64,000 nt of DNA from Paraphysomonas bandaiensis (GCA_965644295.1 CBFFRP010000358.1:1-64000); one strand, 5' to 3'; shown: positions 50,414 through 64,000, counted from the first letter of the stretch. The notes: generated from the letters alone by a model not told the origin. Translations and numbers: made by a program.

Positions 50414-53134
50414 TTAGCAGTCTACTTTAATGTTTCCTATATCAATCTGCTGTTTTAATCCGCTGGATTTACTGCTTCGACTGGTTGTACTATTTGTTGC
50501 AGGAGAATTGCGACATATTCGAGATCTCATCTTATGATCTCCTGTTTCCACCTTAACACTATCAGTATCACCATCACTATAATCGTCACCAGTACTACTA
50601 TCAGATTCCGATCCACTTATTGTAAAATCGCATTCATCTGATTCCAGTTCTGTATCGCAATAGGAGTCATGATGCGAATTCTCTGTCGACCGTACTACGG
50701 GTAATTGAGAAGGAATCCGGCCTCTTAATTGCCAATCTCTATTCATACTAGAAGAACGTCCATGAGAATAAAAATTTCCGTTGGAATATTCTTCACTCAA
50801 GGGATTTTCTAACTGTTCCTCACCAACACGTTCCCTCCTCGAAAAAATGACCTCATCATTGAAGGAATTGTTTCGGAATGAACCCTGTCGAGAATTTTCC
50901 CATTGCGTATCTTCTCTGGAAGTACAATCACGCTCTCTGGATGATAAATCTCTCGCAGAACTCTCTGGATAAGTGGGCGATGTTCCAGGAGGTTGCCTGA
51001 CCGTTCCATTTGATCCGACCACTTTTCCCATGGACAAATTCGGCGAGCCCTCATATGCCCCCGTACTATGTCTACGATCTTCAACACCATTCCCAACCCT
51101 CGAGCCTACAATAACAGAGACGCACATTAAAATATTTCTACTAGAAGGTTATCTAGACACGATACCGGGATGCAGACTTACCCGCACGTTTCCACTGCCC
51201 TTTATACCCTCCACCTCCGTGCATCTGCTCCTTCACAGTTTGTTCCTTGCTATTGCCAGAAGCGTCAAGAGCACATAATTCATCTCTACCACTATCACTA
51301 TGCTGGAACCTTTTGGCGTTATTAGGGTATGCCGGCAATACTCGAGCTGGTGCCACTGCACTCGGGTGATGCCGACTTCGCCATTTGCTACCTGATCATG
51401 GCATCAACAACAGCAGCATTAGTATATACCGTAGCATGGCAGTCATGTATATCATATATCAACACCGCGAGTCAAAAATATAAAAATCGCTTGCACTTTT
51501 CTTACCAGCTATTGCCCATCCCTCGTCATCGGAACTGTTTCGCTTGATTGTAAACTTCTTACGGTGAGACTTAGAGCTTCGTTCAGAGCTATTCCATGAA
51601 CTTGGTATATGTCCCTGTCGAATTATTTTTGGTTGAGTAAACTTCGTGTCACTCAAACTTCGTGTGAATAATTGCTTTATTTTAGATCCCTACAAGAAAG
51701 TAAGACGACTCAAAGACTATAACACTAAACAACGGTGTACAAAGAGCAGGTAAATAAGCCAACCTCACATACCTTCCGGGAGCCTTCACCTCTGTTTATG
51801 GAAGATTTTTGAGAAGGCTGTTCAGAGTGCTCAAGGTAGGATTGCTTCGTTTCATTAAATTGTCCCAAATATTCTTCTGACGAGTGTATGAATCTACTCA
51901 AATGGGGGCGTTGAGGAGGTTTGTTCTTCTGTTTTACGATATCATCATTCTATAGGCAAATATATGAGCACGAGTCACAGTTTGCAATGCACACTACATG
52001 AGGTAATATATATGGGTATATAGTGTAATCGTAGGCAGATGATATCCTAAATTACCTGTTCTGTCACAGCAGCCTGCCAAAGCGACGACGCATACGGATG
52101 GTGGGGATGATACGGGTGAGTTATATCACTGCCTCTATCGTGTTCAACATCAGCATTCCCATCACAGTTTGCCGCTATCAACTGATCACTTGATGTAGAC
52201 GAAATGATTCCATACGTGTGCTCCCATTCAGCTCTAGTATAGCTGCTGTGTCTACGAGGCTTATGAGGAGTGCACTTGGATGTATCTTGAGAAAGATTAG
52301 GTCTCGAAAGATTCTTATAAGATGAATTCGAGTGTTGTACTATGTGTGGACTGTCAGGAGATGACGTAGACGATTGTATCGAAGTGATTTCTGAACGCAA
52401 ATATGAATTCTCTTCCTCCAACGTCCTGTTTTCTTGTTTAATGCTATCCAACTGCTTTTCTAATGATTGAATCTGTTCTTGAGAAGAATTTAGTTCATCT
52501 TCAACGCGGCGGTATTTGTCCCGAAAAAGTTGTAGTTCGCATTGCAAGTCATTCATAGACTTTTCAAGGTCGTTCACCTCGTGCGTATCCGCTCTTGGGG
52601 TAAGGGTCATAGTATGAGCCTTTAATCGGTCAATGTACTCCTCCTTGAGTTGCAGCTGTTCTTCCAGGGTTGAGTTTTGCTGCTTCAGATCATCGTTTTC
52701 ATCAGACTTGGTCATTAATTTTTTACGACACAGCGAAAGTTCTCTATCAAGGTGAAGAATTGTTTCCTCTAAATCCTAAAAGAAGAGATTATCACGTGAG
52801 AGTTGCACTTATTACCCATGGACAGCGATATAACAAGCAGCATTGGTGACCAGATTCCCCATATCATATACATAGTAATATCACTGAAGAGTTGAACAGA
52901 TCCTGGTACATTTAAAGAGGTACACACCTGTGTATTAATCATAACCTTTCCTGGAGACTGTCTTTCGAAGTGTTCATTAAGTCCTTCCAACTCCACAACG
53001 CGGTCACTTAGCCGGCGTACTTCCTCTTCAGCACCCTCCAGTGACTCTTTATACTCTTCTACCAACTGGCACAGGCTGAGAAGGTCTTCGTCTGACATAT
53101 TTTCAACCGTATTCTGGGCAGCATCACTATTCAT
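50414..53134 (-). CDS. Coiled-coil + disordered hypothetical protein, multi-exon
   Basis: Heptad-rich exons 53134-~52945 and 52047-52715, followed by S/R-rich exons; ends approximate. Confidence 0.6.
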
Positions 53135-56028
53135 GCTATAACTCTTATGAGTCACTCAACGACACATAAAATCACATCAACAAGTCACGAATAACATTGC
53201 TCTCTACAATTGACGATACAGCGTGAGTGTCACGACGTATACTGCTGCCGATTAGAGTGCTTATGGCCCTGGAAATATCAGCATTCCCATTTCGAAATAG
53301 TGGGTTAAAAAAATCGTATGTTACATACTGCTGTACGTGTACATGCACTACACTGTACAATAGAATACTCATGTCAATAGACTGACTATATATACTGCAG
53401 GCATATACGGCAGAGTACATGTAGACATACAGTACCAGGAATTCCTACACCTATATACACAGTATTCAGTATAATGGTATTGGAATTCCTACTGCTGGTA
53501 AGTTCAAGGTACAGTGCTGTATACCGGTACAGTATACCGGTATACCGCATTGTAAAAGTGTATTCAAAACCGTAGTCAGAGGACCTCACTGCGTACTATC
53601 CTCCTCGTACTTCTAGAGTTATCTAGATCTCCATTTCCGAACACAGCAGTACCAGGAGTATGTATATTGCATGATGCCAATTCCGGGCATCATAATCGTA
53701 TGTCATGCTTCATGATATTCTATTTATTGTTATGGGTCAATAATGCGGCGTGATTTCATTCGTTGGGCTGCATGAAGTAACCGCATTGGGACGAGACGCA
53801 TTGACAGTCCGCAACATGAAAACTCCCTGGAATCAGGGAGGAAATGGTGGGTGCATATATACGTCATGTTGATGTGTATTTCGTTTGCAAGATACGTTGT
53901 CACGCTATAGAGTTGTGTGGCTGCCACATGCAAACGTATATTGACATGTTAAATTGGTATGGTAATGTAGCGTATTGTGCATATACCATATGCGACTAAC
54001 ACACACTGCATATTATACTATTGTTACGTTTTATATTTTGTTGCCATGTATTCATTTGTTTATTGTGTAGAAAATATGGATGGTCCCCGGTCGCGTCAGT
54101 TGTGCCTAGATAGCTTATGAATTTCGTTTTATGTCAAGATATATTTTCTATGTCGCACTTCTCTAACTTTGCTATACTTTGAGGAGTAGTGGTGGGATAG
54201 TTAATGCTCGTGTGTTCTTCGTTGATATGTAATCATGATGATCACCTGCTCTGGCATTTGTTGTAATCTTTAGTAGAATAATAATGTGTGTACATAGTTC
54301 TATAGTGAGAATACCATTAGTACGATTTACTATTGGGAATCAAGACAACTACAATCTATGGGATTGGCGCATATTATAAATAGTAAATTGTTAAAACGAG
54401 TAGATTTTTCGTTAACAAACACAAAACAACATACTATTATTCGATTGGGCTACCAAATGATTTGTTTTGCCACCAACGCGCATCTTAATAGGGTCCCTAA
54501 TGTCGATCTGGTTCTTTTAACATCCACAGTATGAAGGAGGCTGTAAAATTTCACGGAATTGGACACGAGGAACTGCACAGTTCTCATATGGTAGCTACAC
54601 TCAAGTGCAATGTACTGCATTTTTCGGTTATACTTTGTCTGCTACAACTAATTGATGGGTAGTGCTTTATATTCTATTTGACGAGGTGAACACAAAAAGA
54701 TATAGTCGAACACATATTCGCAATTAGTTTATGATGAAGTTTTTAATCTACTTGACTTAAATTAACAAAATCAAAAATGTGTTTCTAAATAAATTAACAT
54801 AGCTATTTGAATTAGTTGAAAATTCTTTAATAAATTAACATAGCTATTTTTTGATTGCTTGTATTTTTTAACAAACTGACATAAAAGTGCTGTTTCATTA
54901 AGCCGCGTTACAGTGGCAAGTAATGTACCTCACATGATCATTAGTTTTCACACACAACGACGACTTCATCGGAAATTGGAAAAAAAAATTCGTCATCATC
55001 GTTGTGTGTGTTTTGTAGAGTAAAATTTCTCCATAAAATATTCAACAGATCATGCATGCTATAAACCAAGGCTATGGAACAATAGCGATATATGGATCTG
55101 TGGACCGGTTAAATATATCATCAATATTGTTACTGTAAGCTATCTCACAAATTATTGCATTATATTGCAATCAATACACTATAGTATGTTGAAACTACTA
55201 CACATCAAAAGCTTCTTAATAAACATATATATTGATTACAGAGATCAGATATATCATGACATTGATAAGCATGCCAGTACATCTAGTATAATAGTAATTG
55301 ACAATTTGCTATAGAACAGCCTGACTGCTAGATATACTACGCGAAATGACAGTGCACCCATCTCTCGCACTCTGAAGTACATGTTTCATATGGATCCATC
55401 TGCAGCACATAACCATACCAAAGTATACTCTGGGGACACTGATCCTATGTTCAATAATATGAATTCAACCATTAACTACAATGAGCTAAGGTTGTTCAGT
55501 GACAAGTATAAGTCATGTAGTATGGACTTCCAATACATATGCACGCCTGGTTGTCAGCGCAGGTATATCTGTGCTGTGCAGAAGCACGCACCCTTCTACA
55601 CTTAGCACGGTGTTTCTGAAAGCTCATCGACCGTTAGGGCCGGATGAACGCATGTTTTGATTAATTTTGAATGAATGAGGCGATGATGACGTCACCAATG
55701 ATAGCTCCGAGTGTAAGTATGAGGAAAATTGCGATTAGCTAAGCAGTTCGTTGTCTTCGCTTGCTAGCGTTGTAGGTTTAGTTACGATCATGTGACATCA
55801 CAGTGCGCAATGATCCAGGCACAAGGTGTGTGAATCCACAAAACCCTGATTTTTAATTGATGTGCAACAAAAATACTGTGTGTCGATCAGGCTAAAATCC
55901 ATTTTTTTGTTTTACACTGATTTTGCATGATCGTTGATGGGTGCATGGATTGGTCTGTACGAATATCGTGGTGCTGCAACTATGCATCTCTCTACTACAC
56001 GCTTGTTGGCAGCCAGTATTAGTAAGCT

Positions 56029-57632
56029 ATGGGGGAAATATCTTGGCTCTCAACTCTTACTTTTGTACTTTTGGGAATCGTGCTGCACTTGTTTGCGTCG
56101 CCTTACATTACTTCCTATCTACGATACAATCATAGCGAAAGGGGAATATGGGTACGGCGTTGGGCAGCTGATTACTTAAGTGGGAACACTTGGAAAGGAG
56201 AACATGCATGGATCAAACGCTGGAATGCAAGCGGAGTGTTGGATGCCTATCGACTTTACCTATCAGACAGAACTACCATCCGTGAATCTCAGGTACTTCA
56301 TTCATTGTGGAGTGAGGCTAAAGACTACAGCAGTGTAGAATTAAGCAAGCACAGACAAGTAGTACTGCTGCGTGCTTTTCTTTCTCTTAATATATGCCCG
56401 ATTTTGGATTCATTGTTGTGTGACAAGAGGGCATTGTCAGCACAGCTTCATAATGTTACATCCGAAAGTCGATTGATTCACCCACGATCCTATATGAAAT
56501 ATGCTCCCCCGTTTGTAGGGAAACAAGTGAGACGTGAACTGTCTACACTACCTGACTTTCCTGTGAACAATACGTACTTTTTAAAGGATCCTACGATGAA
56601 CGAAGGGAAAGGAATCATTGCCTTGCCTCCTGGGACGACGCACCGCGATATAGAGCAGTTGTTTGATAAAGGTCAGTAGTCAGATATTTTTGCTATGTAT
56701 GAATATCGCATCTGTAGTATATACGTAGTTTTATATGCAAGCTTCCGATATATGCGATTTGACTACGTCTGTGGTCTGTATACCAGGTCATATTTTACAA
56801 GAAGGTATATCTAACCCATTACTCCTTCCTGGTGGTTACAAGTTTACTTTTGAGCTATTTCTGTTTGTGACACGTCTTTCAACTCATTCTGCGACAGCAT
56901 ATCTCTCTGTCGACGGTACTGTAGACGTCTCTCATACACCGTACACAACACATATATCAGAGAATGCGAAGCTGGACACAACACGAGCTGCCCATGTGAC
57001 CAATATACACGCACAGATAGGTGGTGCTGAAATGAATGAAAATGGGTGCCCTGAACACCCGACCCTGAATGATGCCATGAGATCGTGGCAAGTGGTGTTG
57101 CAACATTTAAGTGATATGGGTTATAACACCGTGGTCCTGCGGAATAAAATTAAGAGGTAGCATGCATTATAAGAAGTGTAAACGTTGGTAGATAGTAGTT
57201 TGTGTTTCATTTCTTCCAGATATGACATGATACGTGTACTCTATACTTACCCATCATATATTCATCTCACGGAATCTCTTTCTCAGTGTCGTCGAAGCTG
57301 CGGTAGAATCTACATTCGATGTCTTTGACTTTTCTGATATCTCCCTAAAGGACACTGTTTGGGGAGCGAAAGATATTAGCTTGAGAGATATATGCCAAAC
57401 CATGTATGGCATCGATTTTATCTTATCGTTGCCAGAAGCGGAGAGTCAGAGTATTGATGTACAAATTCTAGAAATACAAATGAACCCCAATATTCCAGTA
57501 CACTGCCCCGCTGAGTTAGAAATATATTCGCGTATTGCTAGCAGCGTTTGGGATATAATAGCACATGTTGAAGATAGTGATAAGCACATTTTGGATGGAA
57601 GTACATTTGAAAAACTTGACTTTGTTTACTAA
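56029..57632 (+). CDS. Tubulin-tyrosine-ligase-like ATP-grasp protein with N-terminal signal/anchor, 3 exons
   Basis: YFLKDP..NEGKGI, LQEGISNPLLL.GYKF, HVTN, YGIDFIL, ILEIQMNP. Confidence 0.75.
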
Positions 57633-57890
57633 TATATGGAACGTGTTCCATATACTATGCGACAAGTATAACGCTATATAGATATCTATACATCTATACT
57701 AACATATAAGAATACTACATACTACACGTCTACCTTACTCTGCAACTGTTTGAATTTGTGGCACAATAAAGTTTAAAATGGACATATACAAATGAAGTAA
57801 TTATATAATCTAGGTCCACAAAGTTGAATTTGTGATAAATTTATAAGTTACTATATATAAACCACAGGTATATACCTTTACTTATAGTTT

Positions 57891-59576
57891 TTATTGGAAA
57901 ACAGAGTCACATACTGCATCACTTAGCCCTATTGTATTTAAAATCTTTGATGCTTCTCTCACTCCAGAAATATACGCACCATGAGCTGTACCCATATGAT
58001 CCAAATGGCAAGCCTCACCAGCGAAATAGAGGCCTCTCACCCCGCTCTCCGTGCTCCAGTCTTTAGTAAATATAGATGAGCTGTTAGCCGGCGGTGCACA
58101 GGAATAAGACCCTTGTGAAAATTTGTCTGACTTCCACGAAGAGTGCATACAACCGATTGCATCGGGAACAGTTACAAACACTCGTCTTAACGACTGTACA
58201 ACTTTTTCTGAAATTTCTGTGTTAGACATTTTCTCTATCGATATAGCAAACTCATCAAATATCTGGCACATTAATATTGCTTGCGAATTTCCGTACTGGT
58301 CCTTCATGGGTGGTACAAGAAATGTTGAAAACTCAGTAGGAGAGTGATCATATCTTGATAGCCCAAAGAAGTTATACCCTGATGGCCAGAATTGATAGGG
58401 AAACCAAATCCACACAAGGTTCATGACACCAAATTGAAGCTGGCATAAACGGTCTAATTGGGGAGGTCGTGGAGAAAATTCAACAGCGTTGCTCTGGAGC
58501 ACACCGATCGGAATTGTGGATATTACGTGCTCAGCTTCAAAAATAGCACCGTTGGTACATTTCACAGAAAATATATTGTGGGAGGTTTTTAATACACTTG
58601 TGACGGTATGACCCAATCGTACATCTAATGCGTACTCAGTGGCCAAATGTGATATGATTTGGTGGAATCCACCTTCCACGAGAGCTTCACCATAGTCCCC
58701 ATCACTTGGTGTACTTCCATAGTATCGCATACTAATCTTCTCGATTGATATACCAGAGTCAATTGATATGCGGTCGTAACACCAATTTAAACAACGCCGC
58801 TCCCGTTCGGTACAAGGACCAAAAGGTAGAGTGATATCTTCTGATGCGATAGTTGCTAAGCGAAATGCTTCAGACAATGGAATATCCACTTCATCCGGAA
58901 GATCCATATCAATATGCTCCGTAACCCATTTATATCGTCGAAGCATTGATTTGTAGTCATCTACCGTTATTTCCGCATATGATACACTATCCGTGCTATC
59001 GAACAAGCATACATCGCTACCTGGAAATTCGTCAGGTGAAGTGGGATGGAGATCTAACTTAAGCTCTTTGGCTACTGAATAGAGAGGGTTGACAGTACTG
59101 TCCAATCCGTGGACCCAATTTGCTCCTAACTGAATGACAACTTCTGATGGTGCTTGTGAGTACTCGTCGTCTGAGTAGACTGAAATCTCATCATCTGACG
59201 AGCTAATCAGGTTCTGAGTAAGTACTTGCTTACACACACGGCCGCCTACACGCTCTCGCCCTTCAAGAATCACAGGTGTAATGCCTGCCTTGATAAGCGT
59301 CCTGGCTGCTGCGATACCGGCAGGACCGGCGCCTATGATAACCACACATTTCGATGGTGTGGATATGTTTATGGGGCAGACAGATAGAGTTGTCGTGGTA
59401 ACACTTAACACAAAAATAATCCTCCGGTTACGCTCGTATTCTTGCTGAGCAACTATGAGAAATGAGAGTCCTACGAGCTGAGTCTGTAACAGATGTCCAC
59501 TGTGGCCACATATGGTTTCTACGCATGTACCACTCATATACGGCACTGCTGTACATATGATATACACTCTGCCCAT
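57891..59576 (-). CDS. Flavin-containing amine oxidase (polyamine oxidase/LSD1-like)
   Basis: IIGAGPAGIAAA..ILEGRERVGGRV, LGANWVHG, W..DKFSQGSYS, LYFAGEA..GTAHGAYISGVREA; true start uncertain. Confidence 0.9.
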   Translation of the reverse strand: MGRVYIICTAVPYMSGTCVETICGHSGHLLQTQLVGLSFLIVAQQEYERNRRIIFVLSVTTTTLSVCPINISTPSKCVVIIGAGPAGIAAARTLIKAGITPVILEGRERVGGRVCKQVLTQNLISSSDDEISVYSDDEYSQAPSEVVIQLGANWVHGLDSTVNPLYSVAKELKLDLHPTSPDEFPGSDVCLFDSTDSVSYAEITVDDYKSMLRRYKWVTEHIDMDLPDEVDIPLSEAFRLATIASEDITLPFGPCTERERRCLNWCYDRISIDSGISIEKISMRYYGSTPSDGDYGEALVEGGFHQIISHLATEYALDVRLGHTVTSVLKTSHNIFSVKCTNGAIFEAEHVISTIPIGVLQSNAVEFSPRPPQLDRLCQLQFGVMNLVWIWFPYQFWPSGYNFFGLSRYDHSPTEFSTFLVPPMKDQYGNSQAILMCQIFDEFAISIEKMSNTEISEKVVQSLRRVFVTVPDAIGCMHSSWKSDKFSQGSYSCAPPANSSSIFTKDWSTESGVRGLYFAGEACHLDHMGTAHGAYISGVREASKILNTIGLSDAVCDSVFQ

Positions 59577-59641
59577 CGTACCATATACTGTCTGTGATCG
59601 TACGCATACAATCTACTCACGATATCAGAGAGTGGGAAAAA

Positions 59642-59809
59642 GTCGACCAGGCAAAAAATCCCAAGTTTTGGGCTGCACACACTGTTTTTTGATGATTAAT
59701 TTGTTCGTCATTTACTGTATTTCATTGAAAAAAAGTGACTTTTTAATGAAAAAACGATGAACAAATTGATGAAAACAACGAAAAAAGGTGATTTTTTTGC
59801 CTGGTTGAC
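59642..59809. mobile_element. MITE in the divergent oxidase/MYB intergenic region
   Basis: GTCGACCAGGCAAAAAATC...GATTTTTTTGCCTGGTTGAC; related ends at ~55-76 and ~55882. Confidence 0.7.
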
Positions 59810-60152
59810 ATATTCCTACCCACGAATAAAAATATGATTCCAGACATGACTAAGGATTAGTGTAGAATAATCTACGAAGATATCCTGCTGCTCGTGATGT
59901 AACCAACGGCTAAATCCATTTTTTGGGTTGTAGATTTTTTTCCTATTCTTGAAGACCATCATCTCCCTATGCTGATGTACGTAGGATACCACAGCGAACG
60001 TGCGCACACCTCCTGTGTGCCTGTATCCATGCATTCAAGAATCACTTGCAATACTACATACCTTCCCACTCAACATAATTGCCAGTGCTTGCAGGGTAGA
60101 CAGTCCCTCCGCCTTCGCAACACCGTGACTTATCGGAAGTGATACTCGTGCA

Positions 60153-61206
60153 ATGGAGAGGTAGTTATACACACTGCGCTCTGTGCTGTCATAAACGAAT
60201 ATACACAGACCGAATAAGAGAAAGTGGACGCCTGAAGAGGTGCGTGTGCAGATATATCTCTTCATGTACCTCATGGCAATCAGGACAAAGTATTAATGGA
60301 TGCAGCAGAGAAATATAAGTATAAGCGATGGAAAGTTGTTGCCGAGCAGGTGAACCTTGTAGCGAAATCACCCAAACAGAAATCACAATGCTCCCGTCGT
60401 TGGAAAAGAGTGTTGGATCCATCCGTAAGAAAGGGGTATTGGAAACCAGAGGTATTATATTCTATTCAGTATTGTGCACAATCTGAATTAATACCAGGAA
60501 AACGAAAACCTGAGAGATATTGTATCTCGTCAATTGAGTGAAGGTGTTTCCTCAATTAATTGGTCTGTGGCTAGTGCCTTTGTAGGCAGCAGAAATCCAA
60601 AGCAGTGCCGAGAACGATGGGTGAACCACCTTGACCCCAGTATCAAAATTGAAGAGTTTACTATTGAAGAAGATCGCACGTTGCTTGAGGTGACTTGTTC
60701 TTTGCAATGAACTAATATATGCATATCGTGTATTTTATTATTTTGTAGATGCACGTACGTATTGGAAATAAGTGGGCAAAGATTTCGAAAGCTCTTCCTG
60801 GAAGATCGGATAATAAAATTAAAAACCGCTGGAATCAAACTCTTTCACGTCATGTAAAAGAGTTAAACAATGATCTAGAATATGGTAACATTTCTTCTGG
60901 ATGCAAATAGATTTCATTCTAATACTTTGTCATTTCTATGGGGTACATTGGTTCGCAGATATCTGGGATATTCCAGTGATTTTGGATTCTGTTCATGGAG
61001 TAAATACTAATCGCGATCAAGCATTCTCTCCTATTCATTCTGTCCGAAGTAATTCTACAAGAGATGAGTATATAGGTTCTGGCGCAACCGATGGGGAGAG
61101 TTTATGTTATTCCCCTCGAACTTTCCATGATGATGATGATGATGATACGACTATGTACTTGTCGTTTTCAGATGACGAAAGTATTACATGCGATACATCA
61201 ATCTGA
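60153..61206 (+). CDS. Three-repeat (R1R2R3) MYB transcription factor, multi-exon
   Basis: KWTPEE..RW..QCSRRW..LDP; [22 protein letters not shown]; [29 protein letters not shown]. Confidence 0.9.
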
Positions 61207-61838
61207 ATGCATCGTATCGATTCAGCGACCCTTGCATGATGAAGAAAGGGTTGATTATACCATGATGGAGATGATTTTTTCAATGGTATTAATTTGCGTG
61301 GGTGAGTTAAAACCTGTTGAATAGAGTGGTGGGGTAATTGTTTGCCACACTTATGCTATAATTCATCTCCTTTTATGCAGTTGACTTATTGGTTTTATAC
61401 TATTCAGCGTATTTAGTTAATTCGTCAACACTAAGCAGTCAATATTGAGCTATATATATCTCATGCAGTCAAATATCTTATCACAACGAATACGCTTCTG
61501 TATATAGATTTACAGTTTAAGTTGTGGGACACTGAAATATAGTAAATCATGTGAGCTGAATATTGTATAGATGATAAACAGGTGTGAATAAGTAAACTCA
61601 GTTACTAACATACACGAATACCAACTAAGAATCAGTAATTATATACGTACATTTTAGTGCTACTTTTGTTAACATACCGTTTGTAGTTTGTAGTACTTCA
61701 ACGGTCATATTATATGTGATGCTTTTTCCTCCTTCAAAAAATTATTATTGCAGACTGTTATCTGCAATACATAATAAAACTTAATAAGAAGTTTATGTGT
61801 TTATATAATATATAAATGATATATGTGATATGTGGGTG

Positions 61839-62671
61839 TGAAAGTCTTATTATTAGCAGTAGGCGTCAAGAATCGACACCAGATAAGTAGCTAGATGTAA
61901 AGACTAGTCAAGCTAGATCAACCTCTACCAGTAACTCACTAGTATTAGTTCTCATATCCTACTACTTAATGTCATAATATCCTATTATTTAACGCTACAG
62001 AAGCTGCTTGTGTGTCGCCGCAAGCACCAAGGTACAACCACTTCCGTTCTGTGTGTGAGGGAGAAGCTCTTTGCGGACGCCAGTCCTTGGTACAGAAGGT
62101 TTAGTCAGGAGGACCCCTTAGGATAGGGCTCCTCGGGACTCTGTGGAGGAGGATTCTGTATCAGTGAGAGTCAAGTGTCCTTGAACTGAGATACATAGAC
62201 GAGGGGGTATGTTGGGACTCCTGCATGTCTTGGAATGGTTTAGCTGCGAGTTGGGCCTTGAACAGAGGAGTAGAGTTGGCATCTCTGCTGAGGTGGGGGC
62301 GGCGGAAAAGGAAGGCGGGACCGCGTTAGGTCTCCGCTGCATGTGTAAATCAGTGTTGCTCAATTTAAATCGTGTATTACTGCAGTTTGAGCGCAAGCTG
62401 GGGGGCCTTCGTGTGTGCCCACGTCGCTGCCGCAGTCTAGGGGGGAGTCTTTGTGGCCCCCTCCGGTTGGCAGCAGCATAACGCCCACTACGATCTCGGA
62501 GCATTTGTTTGGCTGCAGTATAGAGCGGTTGAAGGAGGGTAACAACTGCTGTTTCAATATGGTACGTAGTCCACGCGCATTGAGGGAGCAATGATACGGT
62601 GTTCCGAAAACGCTTTCCAGGTTGCACTTTGGTGCTTGAGAAGCTTTGGTAGAGTTAAATAGTAGGATATC
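61839..62671 (-). mobile_element. 5'-truncated retroelement with an inverted copy of its terminal repeat at the 5' junction
   Basis: Same 3' UTR as the family; peptide IETAVVTLLQPLYTAAKQMLRDRSGR is homologous to LEKSVTKVQLPLYNGGINMLKNRGCR (~10980-11060); inverted GTTGCACTTTGGTGCTTG..TAAATAGTAGGATA at 62621-62671. Confidence 0.7.
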
Positions 62672-63247
62672 AGTTATATGTTATATCGCAATTCTATAAA
62701 CGCCGTTATTTGACAACTTACGAGTAAACGTAACTCAAAGCTGAGAATTATAAAATATAATCAGTATCTTTTATCATTCACCAATTTCATGTTATCTCTA
62801 ATCTCTACTACCAACTACTACCACTCATTTCTCGTACGATCTGACGTCGGTTCTAACATGGTCACTATGTTCTATATTCAGTTTCACTGCCATATACTTA
62901 TCGTCATGATATTAATTCTCATAATACAGTTAACCATAACTGTATAATTATCGTAACGGCTGTAATTTGTAATTTAAATACCTTATAACTACAGCTTTCA
63001 ATTGCTCTCAAATAGCAAAACTCAACATTTACTGCTAATAAGACATTCACTACTATATGCTCTACAAGTACAATACGTGTCATACAAGAAAAAATATCAC
63101 TTATGCATTATTACATTTTGAAACAGCGGCTCCTCTATTAATACTTCCTCGTTGTACTATCACGTACTTTGATCACATGACAGCAGCGAGGACACTACAT
63201 TGGTCACGTCACCAGCATATCTCATCTATGTAGAGACGAGATTCCGG

Positions 63248-64000
63248 CTACCGCTTTTTCTTATCACCAGCAACTGGCTTATTGTAGTTACTGGGATTAG
63301 GCGCGTCTTCATTTTCTCGTACGTCTTCCAACTCACCAAGAACTGTCTTACGATATGCAACCCTCATAATGGCATGAAACCAGTAGATATGCAGCACTTG
63401 GAGAACGAAGAGAGCAACAATAAAAGGACGGCAGTAAGGAATATCCATTAACATATAATGTTCGAAAATGGCAGATCGAATAACTTTAAAGGGAAAATAG
63501 TACAGGCGAGAGATAATCCATGATAGGATCAGGCCGATAAAAGCGATAGTAGACAATATCTCTTGGCCCATGTAATTCAGGATTTTCCCAGCTTCAAGAA
63601 AAATATCAGCAATATCGTGTAGTGCCAGTACAATGAGCCCTATTCGTTCGTAGTGCATGACAAAGCTGAAAAATATTAATCCGATCGTAACCACATGATG
63701 CACAGCCATCTCAACAAAATCGTTGCGGCGTGTTTCCAGAGTAAAATGACAAAATAACCCGGAGATATAGAATGCTAGCTCCCATAGATAGTAACCATTA
63801 ATGCTATACGATCGAGGGTACGGATAGTGCTGAATGCAGTCTATCGTAGAGTCCCATATACCGAGCGACCGAATGATCTCCACTGACCACAACCAGCTGA
63901 ATGTGTAGTAGATGAGTTTAAACAGACTCTCACTGGCCTTATGAGCAGTCGCCATGCGCTCTTGCTCGGTCTTATAAGGCACGATATAGTAGAATGCTCT
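63248..64000 (-). CDS. Ceramide synthase (LAG1/LAC1, TLC domain), 5' end outside the window
   Basis: RRNDFVEMAVHHVVT..HDIADIFLE Lag1 motif; multiple TM helices; C-terminal KKKR. Confidence 0.9.
   Translation of the reverse strand, partial: RAFYYIVPYKTEQERMATAHKASESLFKLIYYTFSWLWSVEIIRSLGIWDSTIDCIQHYPYPRSYSINGYYLWELAFYISGLFCHFTLETRRNDFVEMAVHHVVTIGLIFFSFVMHYERIGLIVLALHDIADIFLEAGKILNYMGQEILSTIAFIGLILSWIISRLYYFPFKVIRSAIFEHYMLMDIPYCRPFIVALFVLQVLHIYWFHAIMRVAYRKTVLGELEDVRENEDAPNPSNYNKPVAGDKKKR

Overview
Eukaryotic (protist) genomic DNA with short GT-AG introns (~50-200 nt). An RP2/XRP2 gene implies a flagellated host; a stramenopile-type host is only my inference. From 1.2 to 5.5 kb there is an intronless, AT-rich, densely packed endogenous Polinton-like virus (PLV)/virophage fragment: packaging ATPase, minor capsid protein and basic/disordered ORFs, with no major capsid, polymerase or integrase visible. 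From 5.7 to 31.7 kb the DNA is repeat-rich: minisatellites, a 157-bp array, a hAT element with a nested retroelement, MITEs, a SINE-like family and a few host genes. The most notable system is at 38.6-46.9 kb, a divergently transcribed histidine-utilisation cluster. Histidine ammonia-lyase lies head-to-head with a single spliced gene that fuses imidazolonepropionase (HutI) to urocanase (HutU). Both proteins begin with mitochondrial-presequence-like peptides, and the fusion linker itself resembles an internal presequence with an R-Q-Y/S cleavage motif, suggesting a mitochondrial, possibly MPP-processed polyprotein. Other oddities: a Fic-UBA-RING protein, a mitochondrial ACP paralogue lacking the phosphopantetheine serine, a signal-anchored TTL-like ATP-grasp protein, and a candidate HDV-like ribozyme at the 5' end of a TSD-flanked non-autonomous retroelement. 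Exon structures and alignments were worked out by eye; no searches were run.
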